Positions 51,747-62,493 are shown, counted from the first letter of the stretch. The stretch is DNA of 64,000 nucleotides from Candidatus Kapaibacterium sp. (GCA_963665665.1 OY762428.1:5312001-5376000), one strand, 5' to 3'. Program-made: numbers and translations. Notes: generated from the letters alone by a model not told the origin.

Positions 51747-53189
51747 ATGAAAAAAATTGCAATCATATTACTTCTGATCCTGATTATTAAATCAGATATG
51801 TTTTCCCGCATTCCCATGGAATTGGATAAATCTGTTAATGAGAGGATTATTCAACTGCTAAATGAAGCGGATAAGCTTGTTGATATAACCCCTGATATAG
51901 CATTTTCCCTGGCAAACAGCTCCCTTAGCCTGTCTATTGGCCTGGACGACGAACTTGGAGCCGGATATTCGGAATTAATTATTGGCAGATATTACATGAA
52001 ATCTTCCTCCGATTATTCTGATGCCATAAAATATCTTGAAAAGGGCATGGAAAGATTCAATAAAATTGCTAATCCTAAAGCTATTGTTACAGCTAATCTT
52101 TATATAGCAGATTTTTATAAAAATATTAACGATAAATATAAGTTTTTCAATTATATTCAGGAAAGCCTTGAGATTGCCGGGAGCAACAACCTGAATAATT
52201 ATCTTCTTTATTCCTATAAGGAATTAATTAAATACTATAAAAACAATGGAAAAAAGCAGAAGGCTAATGATTATCTTGATAAATCAAGTGATTTGATTCT
52301 TAAAAATATTAACTATCCCGCTATTGCTTCCCAGGCTCATTTCTTTGCTGAAGAGTTTTATAAAAATTCGGAATATGATAAATCCTTAAAAATATTATTA
52401 CCGCTGATTAATATGGATATTGAAAATTCTGATATCGAATCAGAAATCAAAAATACTTTTCTGGCCTCCAAAGCTTTTCGTAAAAATGGAAAAATCAAAA
52501 AGGCAGATGAGTTTTTTAAAAATATCCTGAACAAAATTTACCTTTGTAAAGATCATTTTCTTTCAGCTTCAATTTATGCCTATCAGGCAAAACTGGACGA
52601 GAAAAAAAATCAAAATGTAGCAATAGAAAACTATCACAAAGCACTGGAACTGTTTCTTAGCGCCGAGGACAAAAGAAAAGCAATAGAAATACTCGAAATA
52701 TTAACATCTATTTCAATAAAATTGAAAGATAATGCTGCTGCAAATAAATATCTCGCACGAATCTCGGAATTAAGCTCCAAATTGAACAAAAACAAACCGG
52801 ATTATGAATTCTTACACACCAGTGGTTCATTGATTGATATGAAATCAAAACTGGCCAAGAAACAACAAAAAATTAAGGACATAAAAGCTCAGAAGGATTT
52901 ATTGATGACAACTGCCCTGGTAATTTTTGTAATTTTCGGAATTATTGCCGCGTTCCTGCTGGTAAAAATTCAAAAACAATTAAAAATACGATCCGGCCAG
53001 ATAGAGGATGCAGAAGCCCGAAAAAATGAAATATACAACTTGCTTGCCGTAGATATTAAAAATGTACTTTTTTCCTTCTCTGTTGAAATGTCTGAAATGA
53101 ATAACGGTAAAAATGAAAACCTTAATAAAACATATTCAAAATTTATTAAAAAATTTAACACTCTGCTTAGCGAATTCAAGGATATTTAG
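51747..53189 (+). CDS. Signal peptide + TPR + TM protein with degenerate HisKA-like tail
   Basis: TPR-like helices, TM LLMTTALVIFVIFGIIAAFLLV, then RKNEIYNLLAVDIKN; no HATPase domain. Confidence 0.7.
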   Translation: MKKIAIILLLILIIKSDMFSRIPMELDKSVNERIIQLLNEADKLVDITPDIAFSLANSSLSLSIGLDDELGAGYSELIIGRYYMKSSSDYSDAIKYLEKGMERFNKIANPKAIVTANLYIADFYKNINDKYKFFNYIQESLEIAGSNNLNNYLLYSYKELIKYYKNNGKKQKANDYLDKSSDLILKNINYPAIASQAHFFAEEFYKNSEYDKSLKILLPLINMDIENSDIESEIKNTFLASKAFRKNGKIKKADEFFKNILNKIYLCKDHFLSASIYAYQAKLDEKKNQNVAIENYHKALELFLSAEDKRKAIEILEILTSISIKLKDNAAANKYLARISELSSKLNKNKPDYEFLHTSGSLIDMKSKLAKKQQKIKDIKAQKDLLMTTALVIFVIFGIIAAFLLVKIQKQLKIRSGQIEDAEARKNEIYNLLAVDIKNVLFSFSVEMSEMNNGKNENLNKTYSKFIKKFNTLLSEFKDI

Positions 53190-53191
53190 TT

Positions 53192-53845
53192 GTGAACGAA
53201 ACCCATATTATTCTGATTGATCTTTTCTTTCTGCTGATTTTAATATCGGTTATTTCTGGTATTTACATTATTTCAAGTACAACTTTATTTATCCGTGATG
53301 GCAATGATAACGACAACATCATTAATATGCCTTTCAGCCTTTCTAAATTTGTATCTTTTACTTGGATTATGACCTACGTTCTGGCTTTGATCTATTCTTT
53401 TATTCATAATCCTTTTATTGATAACAGTATGAATCAGATTGCAACTTCTAATATATATCTTCTGGCTATTAATGTTATAAGTTTGTTGGCTTCGAATTTT
53501 GAAAGAAAAAAAAGTGAAGCGTCACATGAAAACATTAATAACCAATCTTCCGGATTTCTTTATGATATCACATGTTCAGATAATGGATTTTGTATAGATA
53601 AGATACAGTATATAATTATAAATTTGTGGGTTTACTTTCATTTTGTTTATTCCGTATTCTCTTTGAAGTGGCTTCCGCAGATTAGTAACATTGAAATACT
53701 CATTCTTTTACTATCCACATCATTATACTTCTTTATGAATTTTATTCATTATTTCAAATCAATGATGTCATTTCGTAATAAAAAGAATGTGGTAAAAGTA
53801 AAAAAGAAGCCATTCTTTCAGTCGAAAAGAAGAGGTTTTTATTAA
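53192..53845 (+). CDS. Hypothetical multi-pass membrane protein
   Basis: About 5 hydrophobic segments; starts 2 nt after the upstream gene. Confidence 0.65.
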   Translation: MNETHIILIDLFFLLILISVISGIYIISSTTLFIRDGNDNDNIINMPFSLSKFVSFTWIMTYVLALIYSFIHNPFIDNSMNQIATSNIYLLAINVISLLASNFERKKSEASHENINNQSSGFLYDITCSDNGFCIDKIQYIIINLWVYFHFVYSVFSLKWLPQISNIEILILLLSTSLYFFMNFIHYFKSMMSFRNKKNVVKVKKKPFFQSKRRGFY

Positions 53846-54032
53846 AAAATTTCGTTTTACCCTTCGCGTGGCTATTCAATTTACTCCAAACCGAAGCATA
53901 GCAAATGCAACACCGAAGTCTGCCTATCCATACTACCTGACCGCTCTCTAAAGTTTCGGTGAAGCATTTGCTTCTTTTTTTAACTAAGTAATTATTATCT
54001 TTGTATTATTAAAATCGAAAGTAATAAATATT

Positions 54033-55646
54033 ATGAGTGGTATTCCTATGTTCAATAAACAAATTATTATAATTTTAATAATGGTTATTTTTTCTTTCTC
54101 AAATTTAATTTCAGAAGAAATGGAAGCAGACAGTAATTCTGTTAATATTGATTTTCAGGGTCAGAAATTCGTGTTCATGCTCAAAGCTATTCAAAAGTAT
54201 TATCCTGATTCAGTTGATATTGAAGAACTCTGTACCAAAACATTTAAGTACATGGCAAAAGAAATTGATAAATATTCAGCTTATTACAGCAAAAACGAAA
54301 GAACAAGGAAGAAAGCCAAGGACAAAGGGGAAGCAATAGGTATAGGTGTAAATTTATTACCTTTGAGTGATACTGTTACCGTGATCTATGTTATTGAAGG
54401 CTCACCGGCTGATTCTGTTGGTATTCTCCCGGGAGATAAGATTATTTCCATCGACCAAAAGACTTCGAAAGGATTAAACCAGCAGGAAGCCCTGGATATG
54501 ATGAAAGGTGATTTAGGATCGGTTGTGGAAATTGAAATACACCGCGGATACGAACCGGAAACACGTTTATTTAAAATAAAAAGAAAAAGATATCCCCTTT
54601 CCAGTGTAAGTGCTTCGTTTATTATTCCAGGAACTGATATCGCTTATATTAATTTTAACCGGTTTTCGAAGGCTTCCGATACTGAGTTCAGGGAAGAAAT
54701 CGAAAAATTCAAGAAGAGGGGGTTTAAAAAAATAATTCTTGATTTAAGATCAAATCTTGGTGGTTATTTAAGTGTTGCAACAAAAATGATTGATGAATTT
54801 TTACCGCCTGATAAAATGATTTCATATACTAAGGCACGTTCAGATGTTTTTAATTTTGAATATAAATCTACAGAAAATCATTCCTGTTTGGATATTCCTC
54901 TGATAATTCTTATCAATTCCAGATCTGCTTCTGCTACCGAAGCTATGGCAGGTGCAGTGCAGGATTTCGACCGTGGTATTGTGGTCGGGGAAAGATCTTA
55001 TGGTAAGGGATCGGCACAAAAAATCTGGGACATGAAGGATGGTTCGGCATTTAAGATGACAATCGCAAAATATATGACACCTTCCGGCAGATGTATAGAG
55101 AAAGAAACTTCTACATCTGAAATTGACAACCCAATAGGGGATGATAACAAAAGAAAAAGGATCAGCGATGTAATGGCTGCATTTGGCGGAAAAAGCAAAC
55201 TTCCGGTATTTAAAACTGAAAAAGGACGAACAGTTTTTGGCGGTGGCGGTATCATCCCCGATTATATCGTTCCTAAAGATTCAACCACAAAGCTATCTTC
55301 TGTATTAATTTCTAAAGGGATTATCTTCGAATTTGTATACTCCCTTCTTTATACTAACCGTGACGCTATCATCAGTCAGTATGAAAATTCTATTGATAAA
55401 TTTGTGTTGAATTTTAAAATAAATGATAATGTTTTAACTGCTTTGAAAAGGTTTTCCGTTTCAAAAAATATCTGGAACGAAGACATGTTTGAATATGACA
55501 AAGAGTACATCAGGCATATAATAAAAGCTACAATTGCTGAAGCAATCTGGAAGAAAAACGGCTACAAAGCAGTAATGATTAATTATGACAACTATGTAGC
55601 CAAAGCAATTGAAGTAATGCCAAAAGCTGAAAAAATGAAAAATTAA
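54033..55646 (+). CDS. S41 carboxyl-terminal processing protease
   Basis: GIGV PDZ, LDLRSNLGG, SASATE, GKGSAQ, YMTPSGR and GGIIPD motifs. Confidence 0.93.
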   Translation: MSGIPMFNKQIIIILIMVIFSFSNLISEEMEADSNSVNIDFQGQKFVFMLKAIQKYYPDSVDIEELCTKTFKYMAKEIDKYSAYYSKNERTRKKAKDKGEAIGIGVNLLPLSDTVTVIYVIEGSPADSVGILPGDKIISIDQKTSKGLNQQEALDMMKGDLGSVVEIEIHRGYEPETRLFKIKRKRYPLSSVSASFIIPGTDIAYINFNRFSKASDTEFREEIEKFKKRGFKKIILDLRSNLGGYLSVATKMIDEFLPPDKMISYTKARSDVFNFEYKSTENHSCLDIPLIILINSRSASATEAMAGAVQDFDRGIVVGERSYGKGSAQKIWDMKDGSAFKMTIAKYMTPSGRCIEKETSTSEIDNPIGDDNKRKRISDVMAAFGGKSKLPVFKTEKGRTVFGGGGIIPDYIVPKDSTTKLSSVLISKGIIFEFVYSLLYTNRDAIISQYENSIDKFVLNFKINDNVLTALKRFSVSKNIWNEDMFEYDKEYIRHIIKATIAEAIWKKNGYKAVMINYDNYVAKAIEVMPKAEKMKN

Positions 55647-56599
55647 GTTTTCGGTATAAATGCGATTAAAATAATATCAGTATCGGGTACTTTTTCAAAA
55701 TAGAATTCGTATTCCAATACTGTCTGGTTTTCTGAGTCCGGTAGTGTGTAATCAGCAAAACCTGCATTTTGTGAAGATAGCATTTCAATAATTTCTTTTA
55801 TATACTCTTTACCGTTAGTATCAGTAGCAGAATTTAAGTTAATACCGATAATATCAAGATTATAATTGTTTGCAATACAGACAGCTTCCTTGTTAATTGC
55901 CAACACATAGCCATTCTCATAATCAAATTGATTCACCATAAAAAATGCCCGAATAAATTTATATCTGACATCGCATGAATCTAAGATGTTTGAAAAGACA
56001 CCATTGAAACCACCTGAAACCGAATGAACAAGGTTTTGAATTAGCAATTGACGGCAATTCAATCCGCTGACACCAATACTATTTCTCTCGTTATAAAATC
56101 CAGATCCGATAAAATAATCCCAGCCATTTTTGAATTTTGAAACAAACCCTGTTTTAATTTCATCTTTACCGGTTGCAGGATTGGTAAAATAAAACTCAAC
56201 GAAGCCCGCTCCGCTTTTATTGATTGAATCAAGCATTTCCCTGACATAGTAATTTCCTTTTGTATCCTGCACATCAATCCGGGAACTTCCAACAAGTTCA
56301 TCCTTGAACCCATGAGCAACCATAACTGCATCCAGAGTCTCAACGTAAAAATATCCGGATGAATCTTCGAAAAATCTGGAGTTGCTGACATAAGCGCGAA
56401 AGATTTCCTCCTTATCAAACTCATCAAGTTCGGAATAACTCAAAATATTTGAAAATCCATTAGCTGTAAATTGAACCGTATTTTTTACAATATCCCGTTC
56501 ACAGTCTGTATTAATTTCTGCTGGAGTTGTGCCGTTATCATCAGGACAAGCTGTTAAAAACAATGACGAGAGAATTAGAACACTGAACCAAAACTTCAT
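55643..56599 (-). CDS. Lipoprotein with two Cache_2-like domains and no output domain
   Basis: LTAC lipobox; GYFYV...DVQDTKGNYYVREM...GFVEFYFTNP and a second DTNGKEYIKEI repeat. Confidence 0.75.
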   Translation of the reverse strand: MKFWFSVLILSSLFLTACPDDNGTTPAEINTDCERDIVKNTVQFTANGFSNILSYSELDEFDKEEIFRAYVSNSRFFEDSSGYFYVETLDAVMVAHGFKDELVGSSRIDVQDTKGNYYVREMLDSINKSGAGFVEFYFTNPATGKDEIKTGFVSKFKNGWDYFIGSGFYNERNSIGVSGLNCRQLLIQNLVHSVSGGFNGVFSNILDSCDVRYKFIRAFFMVNQFDYENGYVLAINKEAVCIANNYNLDIIGINLNSATDTNGKEYIKEIIEMLSSQNAGFADYTLPDSENQTVLEYEFYFEKVPDTDIILIAFIPKT

Positions 56600-56654
56600 T
56601 ATTTCCTCAAAATTATATTATACAATTTGCAATAATAAGAATTATCTCAGTAAT

Positions 56655-56688
56655 AAAAAAAACCTTCCTGCATATTTACAGGAAGGTT
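56655..56688 (-). terminator. Intrinsic terminator after the SSADH gene
   Basis: AACCTTCCTG/CAGGAAGGTT stem plus a T-tract on the minus strand. Confidence 0.8.
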
Positions 56689-56710
56689 GTGTAGAATTTT
56701 TAATTTTGTC

Positions 56711-58090
56711 TTATACGATACAGACAGTTTTGATATTTACAAATTCCTGGATTCCGTAAAGCCCCAGTTCACGTCCATATCCTGAACCATTTATTCCTCC
56801 AAACGGCAGCCTCGGGTCTGATTTCACAAACTCATTTACTGCGCAGGAACCTGCTTCAAGTTCCTCAAGAGCAATACGATTTCCGCGCTCGCCATCAGCG
56901 GTAAAGACAGCCGCTCCAAGGCCAAATTCAGTATCATTTGCAATATGTATAGCATCCGTTTCATCTTTGGCCCTGATAAAAACAGCAACCGGCCCGAATA
57001 GTTCCTCGTCGAAAGCAGGCATACCTTTGCAAACATTTTCAAGGGCAGTTGGAAGATAATAATAACCTTCCCTATCAGGAATTATTCCTCCAGTCAGAAG
57101 TTTGGCCCCCATTCCAATACTCTTTTCAACCTGGGCATGTAGGCCGTCCCTGAGGTCTTTCCTTGCCATGGGCCCCATGTTAAATTCATCATCCAGGGGA
57201 TTACCGGGTTTGTATTTTTTTATTTCCTCCATGCAGGCCCTGACGAAATCATCATATATTTCGTCAACAGCAATAAGTCTTTTTGCAGCAATACATGTCT
57301 GGCCGGCATTGCCCATTCTTGATGCAATACAAGCTTCAGCAGCTTTATCAATATCTGCATCTTCAAGTATAATATAAGGGTCGCTACCGCCAAGTTCCAG
57401 AACAGATTTTTTGAGCACCTGCCCGGCAGCCTCAGCAACTTTAATGCCTGCACCTGTACTACCAGTAAGAGTAACACCCTTTATAAGCGGATGGTGGATA
57501 ATTTCGGGAGTACGAGCAGGAACATTTTCAGGAGAAATAAGAATATTTGTAAATACATTTCCGGGATACCCGGCTTCTTTGAATATTTTCTCTATATGAA
57601 TGGAACAACCGCTTGTACCGGGAGCATGTTTCAGCATAACAGTATTACCAGCCATCAAATAAGGCGCTGCAAACCTGAATACCTGCCAGAAAGGAAAATT
57701 CCAGGGCATAATAGCCAGAACAGGGCCAATAGGCCGGAAACTGACATAGGACCTTTTCTTCTCGGTTTTAATATCTAAATCTTTTAGCTGGTTTTCAGCA
57801 TTTTCGGCGTAATATCTGCAAACCCAGGCAGACTTTTCAATTTCTGCTTTTCCCTGTGCGGTAGGCTTACCCATTTCATCAGCCATCAATCTTGCAAATT
57901 TATCTTTACCTGCAATTAAAATATCTGCTACTTTCAAAAGCAAATTTGCTCTTTGGCTAAAATTCGTCTTTTTCCATTCCTGATATGCCTGATCTGACTT
58001 TTCAATTTTTGAAAAAATTTCTTCCCTGCTGTCCTCTTCATATTCAGCCAGTAAATATCCGTTTTTAGGATCAATTGTTCTGATTTTCAT
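56711..58090 (-). CDS. NAD(P)-dependent succinate-semialdehyde dehydrogenase family ALDH
   Basis: MPWNFPFWQVFRF, LELGGSDP, GQTCIAAKR, EELFGP and PFGG motifs. Confidence 0.9.
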   Translation of the reverse strand: MKIRTIDPKNGYLLAEYEEDSREEIFSKIEKSDQAYQEWKKTNFSQRANLLLKVADILIAGKDKFARLMADEMGKPTAQGKAEIEKSAWVCRYYAENAENQLKDLDIKTEKKRSYVSFRPIGPVLAIMPWNFPFWQVFRFAAPYLMAGNTVMLKHAPGTSGCSIHIEKIFKEAGYPGNVFTNILISPENVPARTPEIIHHPLIKGVTLTGSTGAGIKVAEAAGQVLKKSVLELGGSDPYIILEDADIDKAAEACIASRMGNAGQTCIAAKRLIAVDEIYDDFVRACMEEIKKYKPGNPLDDEFNMGPMARKDLRDGLHAQVEKSIGMGAKLLTGGIIPDREGYYYLPTALENVCKGMPAFDEELFGPVAVFIRAKDETDAIHIANDTEFGLGAAVFTADGERGNRIALEELEAGSCAVNEFVKSDPRLPFGGINGSGYGRELGLYGIQEFVNIKTVCIV

Positions 58091-58121
58091 ATCTCACCTT
58101 TGCCAAATAGCCAATGAACGA

Positions 58122-58150
58122 TAAACGAAAGGCCCGGTAAAACCGGGCCT
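58122..58150 (-). terminator. Terminator hairpin after the Met gamma-lyase-like gene
   Basis: AGGCCCGGT/ACCGGGCCT stem, then TTCGTTT on the minus strand. Confidence 0.7.
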
Positions 58151-58159
58151 GAACAAAAA

Positions 58160-59347
58160 TTATTTAATCATATCCAGCCCTTTTTCAAGGCCTGCGATTA
58201 TTTCATCAACATCTTCGATACCAACGGAAATCCTTACAAGGCCGTCAGTAATTCCAGCCTGTTCGCGAAGTTCTTTTGTAACACCTGCGTGAGTCATTGA
58301 TGCAGGATGCTGAATCAGTGATTCAACACCGCCAAGGCTTACTGCAAGCTGGAACATTTCAACATTGTTCATAAGTGTTTTGCCAGCATCCAAACCGCCT
58401 TTGAGGCCGAAAGATATCATGCCGCCGGCACCGTACATTTGTTTTTTACCTATCTCATACTGAGGATGGCTTTCAAATCCGGGGAACCTGATCCATTCAA
58501 CTTTAGGATGATTTTTCAGGAACTCGGCAACTTTAATTGTATTCTCACAATGGCGTTCAATTCTGAGTTTCAATGTTTTAATTCCGCGATGCACAAGGAA
58601 AGAATTGAATGGGTCAATAACTCCGCCAATCAGATTCAATGTTTTGCGGAAATGAGCGTATTCTTCTTCTTCTTTAACAATAACCATACCTGCAACAACA
58701 TCAGCATGGCCGTTAAGGAATTTTGTCATTGAGTGCATAACGTAGTCAGCGCCATGCCTGAATGGTTTCTGAAGAATCGGGCTCATGAATGTATTGTCAA
58801 CAGCCATCTTTGCACCGTTTTCGTGAGCGATATCTGCAATTGCCTGCAAATCAGACATAACAAGTGTCGGATTGCCTGGTGTTTCAACAAAGATAAGCTT
58901 TGTGTTTGGTTTCACTGCTGCTTTAACAGCATCAAGGTCAGATGTATCAACAAATGAAACTTCCACACCAAATTTTGTATATACTGTTGATAATATTGTT
59001 GTTGTAGGGCCATATACAGATTCACTGCAAATCACATGGTCACCTGCAGAAAGAACAGCAGCCATGATAAGATTTACAGCAGCCATACCGCTACCGCAAC
59101 CAAGAGCTTTAGCTCCTCCTTCAAGCGCTGCAACTGCTGCTTCGCACCCTTCAACGGTCGGGTTCTGCATACGGGTATATATATAACCTTTTTCCTCTCC
59201 CTTGAATAGCCTTGCCCCGTGGTCGGCATCTTTAAATTTAAATGTTGATGTCTGATAAATCGGTGTTACTACTGCACCAACTTCATTTTCTTCAATACCG
59301 GCGTGAACACAAAGTGTTTCGTCTTTATAATTACTACCTGCTTTCAT
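58160..59347 (-). CDS. Methionine gamma-lyase / trans-sulfuration PLP enzyme
   Basis: PIYQTSTF, YIYTR, SGMAA, DNTF, SMTKFLNGHAD, AVSLG and HPASMTH motifs. Confidence 0.88.
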   Translation of the reverse strand: MKAGSNYKDETLCVHAGIEENEVGAVVTPIYQTSTFKFKDADHGARLFKGEEKGYIYTRMQNPTVEGCEAAVAALEGGAKALGCGSGMAAVNLIMAAVLSAGDHVICSESVYGPTTTILSTVYTKFGVEVSFVDTSDLDAVKAAVKPNTKLIFVETPGNPTLVMSDLQAIADIAHENGAKMAVDNTFMSPILQKPFRHGADYVMHSMTKFLNGHADVVAGMVIVKEEEEYAHFRKTLNLIGGVIDPFNSFLVHRGIKTLKLRIERHCENTIKVAEFLKNHPKVEWIRFPGFESHPQYEIGKKQMYGAGGMISFGLKGGLDAGKTLMNNVEMFQLAVSLGGVESLIQHPASMTHAGVTKELREQAGITDGLVRISVGIEDVDEIIAGLEKGLDMIK

Positions 59348-59576
59348 TATTCCTCCGAACTGGATGTTAATAAATCGTTTAAATAACCCAAATGCGTTAT
59401 AATTAAATGTTGTTTTTTCAAACCTTACAATTTACGTCGTAAATCTCGGTTTTCCAAGTAATCAAGGGGCAAATTTTGAATATTTTTCTGATAGAAACAT
59501 ATTCAAAAAATAATCGTAAATTATAGAATTGAAATGTTAATAATTATAATTTATATTAATAATTATAGGGGCTGAT

Positions 59577-61103
59577 ATGTCAGAATTATCACGACGTAAT
59601 TTTATAAAAAATTGTAGTATAGGATTGGGGGCTGTTATGACTTCCGGATTATGGATGGATAAGTTAAGAGCCGGTAATATTCCAAATGCAGGGCCCGGAT
59701 TTATTCAGGAGCACTTTGGAGTTGCTATTGAAGATATCAGAAAACTATTGGAAATCAGTCTTTCAAAGGGAGGAGAATTTTCCGAATTATATTTTGAATA
59801 CAGGATTTTCAATTCTGTTGGTATGGAAGAAGATATAATTAAAAATTCAACAGAAATGATTAGCAGGGGCGTTGGAGTCAGGGTAATAAAAGGAAAACAG
59901 ACAGGATACGGTTTTACCAATGAACTGACTTTCGACAAAATAAAACAGGCTGCACTTACGGCTGCTTCAATTGCCTCGACCGGTAATAAATCAGGAATTG
60001 CAGATTTTTCTGAAATCAATCCAAAGCACCAGGTTTATAGCTTTTCCAAACCTTTTACAGAGCAAAAAATTGACGCAAAGATAGATCTGATTAAAAGATC
60101 ATATAAAGCTGCTATGGACTATGACAGCAGGATCAAGAAAGTTTCTTCATCTATTGCAGATGAAATTCAATACATTGCTATTGCAAACAGCGAAGGCCTG
60201 CTGGCTTATGATGTCAGGCCTCAGGCAAGGCTGTTCACAATTGCCACCGCCGAAGAAAACGGTATAAAAAATACTGGCGTTTCAAATGCAGGCGGCAGAA
60301 TCGGATACGATTTCTACGTTGGTGAGCATTCACCAGAGGAAATCGGTAAAAAAGCATCCGAGGAAGCAATTATTCTGCTCGGTGCCGAAAACGCACCTGC
60401 AGGCGAGTGGCCTGTTGTTCTAAGCCGCCACCAGTCAGGCGTGATGATCCATGAAGCTGTGGGGCATCCGCTTGAAGCAGACGGAACATGGAAAAAAACC
60501 TCAATCATGTGGGATAAACTCGGGCAGGAAGTAGCCAACCCGATAGTAAGCATTTATGATGATGCCACAATCAACGATTATCGCGGCAGTCTGAATATTG
60601 ACGATGAAGGTATTGTTACCGAATCTGTACCGCTCATCGAGAAAGGCAAGCTGGTTGGATATCTAAATGATAAGCTCAGCGCCAAACTTCTCGGGCACAA
60701 TCCAAACGGACATGGCAGAAGGCAATCCTACAAGTACCCGCCCATACCAAGGATGAACAATACTGTTCTTGCCCAGGGTGAACACAGCCCCGAAGAGATA
60801 ATTGCATCAGTCAAGAAAGGATTTTATGCAGTCAGCTACCAGGGCGGACAGGTTAATGATACCGGCAAGTTCACTTTCTCGGTTAATATGGGTTACCTGA
60901 TTGAAGATGGTAAACTGACCAAGCCTTTGAAAAATGCAACACTGATCGGGTCTAATATTCAAATATTAAAAGAAGTAAGCATGATTGGCAACGATATGGG
61001 ATTCTTCCTCGGAACTTGCGGAAAAGCCGGACAAAGTGTTCCCGTAACAGCAGGAACACCCTCACTTAAAATAAATAAAATGACAGTCGGAGGTGCAGCA
61101 TGA
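59577..61103 (+). CDS. tldD: TldD metalloprotease with Tat signal peptide
   Basis: SRRNFIK Tat motif, HEAVGHPLEAD, IDDEG, PRMNNT and CGKAGQ. Confidence 0.92.
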   Translation: MSELSRRNFIKNCSIGLGAVMTSGLWMDKLRAGNIPNAGPGFIQEHFGVAIEDIRKLLEISLSKGGEFSELYFEYRIFNSVGMEEDIIKNSTEMISRGVGVRVIKGKQTGYGFTNELTFDKIKQAALTAASIASTGNKSGIADFSEINPKHQVYSFSKPFTEQKIDAKIDLIKRSYKAAMDYDSRIKKVSSSIADEIQYIAIANSEGLLAYDVRPQARLFTIATAEENGIKNTGVSNAGGRIGYDFYVGEHSPEEIGKKASEEAIILLGAENAPAGEWPVVLSRHQSGVMIHEAVGHPLEADGTWKKTSIMWDKLGQEVANPIVSIYDDATINDYRGSLNIDDEGIVTESVPLIEKGKLVGYLNDKLSAKLLGHNPNGHGRRQSYKYPPIPRMNNTVLAQGEHSPEEIIASVKKGFYAVSYQGGQVNDTGKFTFSVNMGYLIEDGKLTKPLKNATLIGSNIQILKEVSMIGNDMGFFLGTCGKAGQSVPVTAGTPSLKINKMTVGGAA

Positions 61104-62422
61104 GAATGAATGAACTTAAAGGACTGGCAGAAAAATTAACTGCATTTGCCCAAAAAAGCGGCGCATCCCAAACAGAAGTATCGATTTATAATTCAAATAA
61201 TTTCTCAGTTGATATTCTTAATCAGGAAATTGAACAATTACAGGAAGCCGGATCAATTAATCTATCCCTGAAGGTAATTGTGGACGGCAAAGTGGCAACG
61301 GCCTCTTCATCTGATCTGTCTATGGATGCCCTGCAGCATTTAACAAAAAATGCCATTTCAAGAGCTTCATATTCCAATCCTGATAAATATTCGGCTCTCC
61401 CCGATAATGAAAAAATTAAAACTGATATTGATAAACTGAAATTGTACGATCCTTCAGTAGAGGAATTATCTCCTGAAAAGAAAATTCAGGCTGTAATGAA
61501 ACTGGAAAAAATATGTATTGATAACAACAAAATCAAAATGTCAGCAGGAGCTTCATTCAACACCGGAACTGCCGAAAGAATTCTAACTAACTCCAATGGT
61601 TTTTCCGGGGCATACAAATCATCATACTGCTCCAATGGTGTTTATCTTCAGGCAGGTTCCGACGAAGTATTTTTTGAGGATGGCTGGAGCGACAGTTCCC
61701 GAACAGCAAACGGCCTGATGCCTGTTGAAGAAATTGCTAAGAAAGCTATCCACAGAGTAACAAGGCTTATAGGCGCAAAAAAAATTGATACCCAGAATGT
61801 TCCCGTTGTTTTCGAAGCCCCGATGGCAGCTTCTATACTTGGATTTCTTGCTCAATGCCTAAGTGGTACTGCTGTTTACCAGAAGAGAACATTCCTTTCC
61901 GATATGCTTGGCGAGAAAATTGCAAATGATAATGTAAATATCATTGACGACGCTCTTATGCCCGGCAAACCAGGTACCCGCCCGTTTGACGGCGAAGGTG
62001 TACCGACCGGAAAGACCTCGATTATTGAAAATGGCACTCTGAAAAACTTCCTTCTGGATACATACAGCGCCAGGAAACTTGGTATGAAATCCAACGGGCA
62101 TGCTTCCGGAACAACCAATTTCTACATGACTCCGGGCAAGCACAGCCTTGAAGATATTATTAAAAGCACGAAAAAAGGCCTCTTTCTTACCAGAACTATC
62201 GGACAGGGAACCGTTCCGACTTCGGGCGATATATCCAAGGGTGCTTACGGCCTGTGGATTGAAAACGGTGAACTAACTTATCCGGTAGCTGAGATTACAC
62301 TATCCGGTAACCTGGGAACAATGCTGAAAGAGATTGAAATGGTTGGCAGCGAGCTTGATTTCAGGCGTTCGATCAATTCGCCGGCATTCAAAGTTAAAGA
62401 AATGACCATTTCAGGAAAATAG
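61100..62422 (+). CDS. pmbA: PmbA/TldE
   Basis: FDGEG, GDISKGA, IENGEL.YPV; lacks HExxxH; ATGA overlap with tldD. Confidence 0.9.
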   Translation: MRMNELKGLAEKLTAFAQKSGASQTEVSIYNSNNFSVDILNQEIEQLQEAGSINLSLKVIVDGKVATASSSDLSMDALQHLTKNAISRASYSNPDKYSALPDNEKIKTDIDKLKLYDPSVEELSPEKKIQAVMKLEKICIDNNKIKMSAGASFNTGTAERILTNSNGFSGAYKSSYCSNGVYLQAGSDEVFFEDGWSDSSRTANGLMPVEEIAKKAIHRVTRLIGAKKIDTQNVPVVFEAPMAASILGFLAQCLSGTAVYQKRTFLSDMLGEKIANDNVNIIDDALMPGKPGTRPFDGEGVPTGKTSIIENGTLKNFLLDTYSARKLGMKSNGHASGTTNFYMTPGKHSLEDIIKSTKKGLFLTRTIGQGTVPTSGDISKGAYGLWIENGELTYPVAEITLSGNLGTMLKEIEMVGSELDFRRSINSPAFKVKEMTISGK

Positions 62423-62493
62423 TTTTAATCTTAAAGTACTTTTCTACAAGGTTCTCACTCAATACTCTCCAAAAGGATTACTTTACCATCTTA

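Noticed and set aside
51120-53845. Prophage immunity region
   Set aside because: There is no cro, integrase, replication or structural gene nearby.
59348-59576. SAM riboswitch upstream of the Met gamma-lyase-like gene
   Set aside because: The leader is AT-rich with no recognisable SAM-I or SAM-II consensus.
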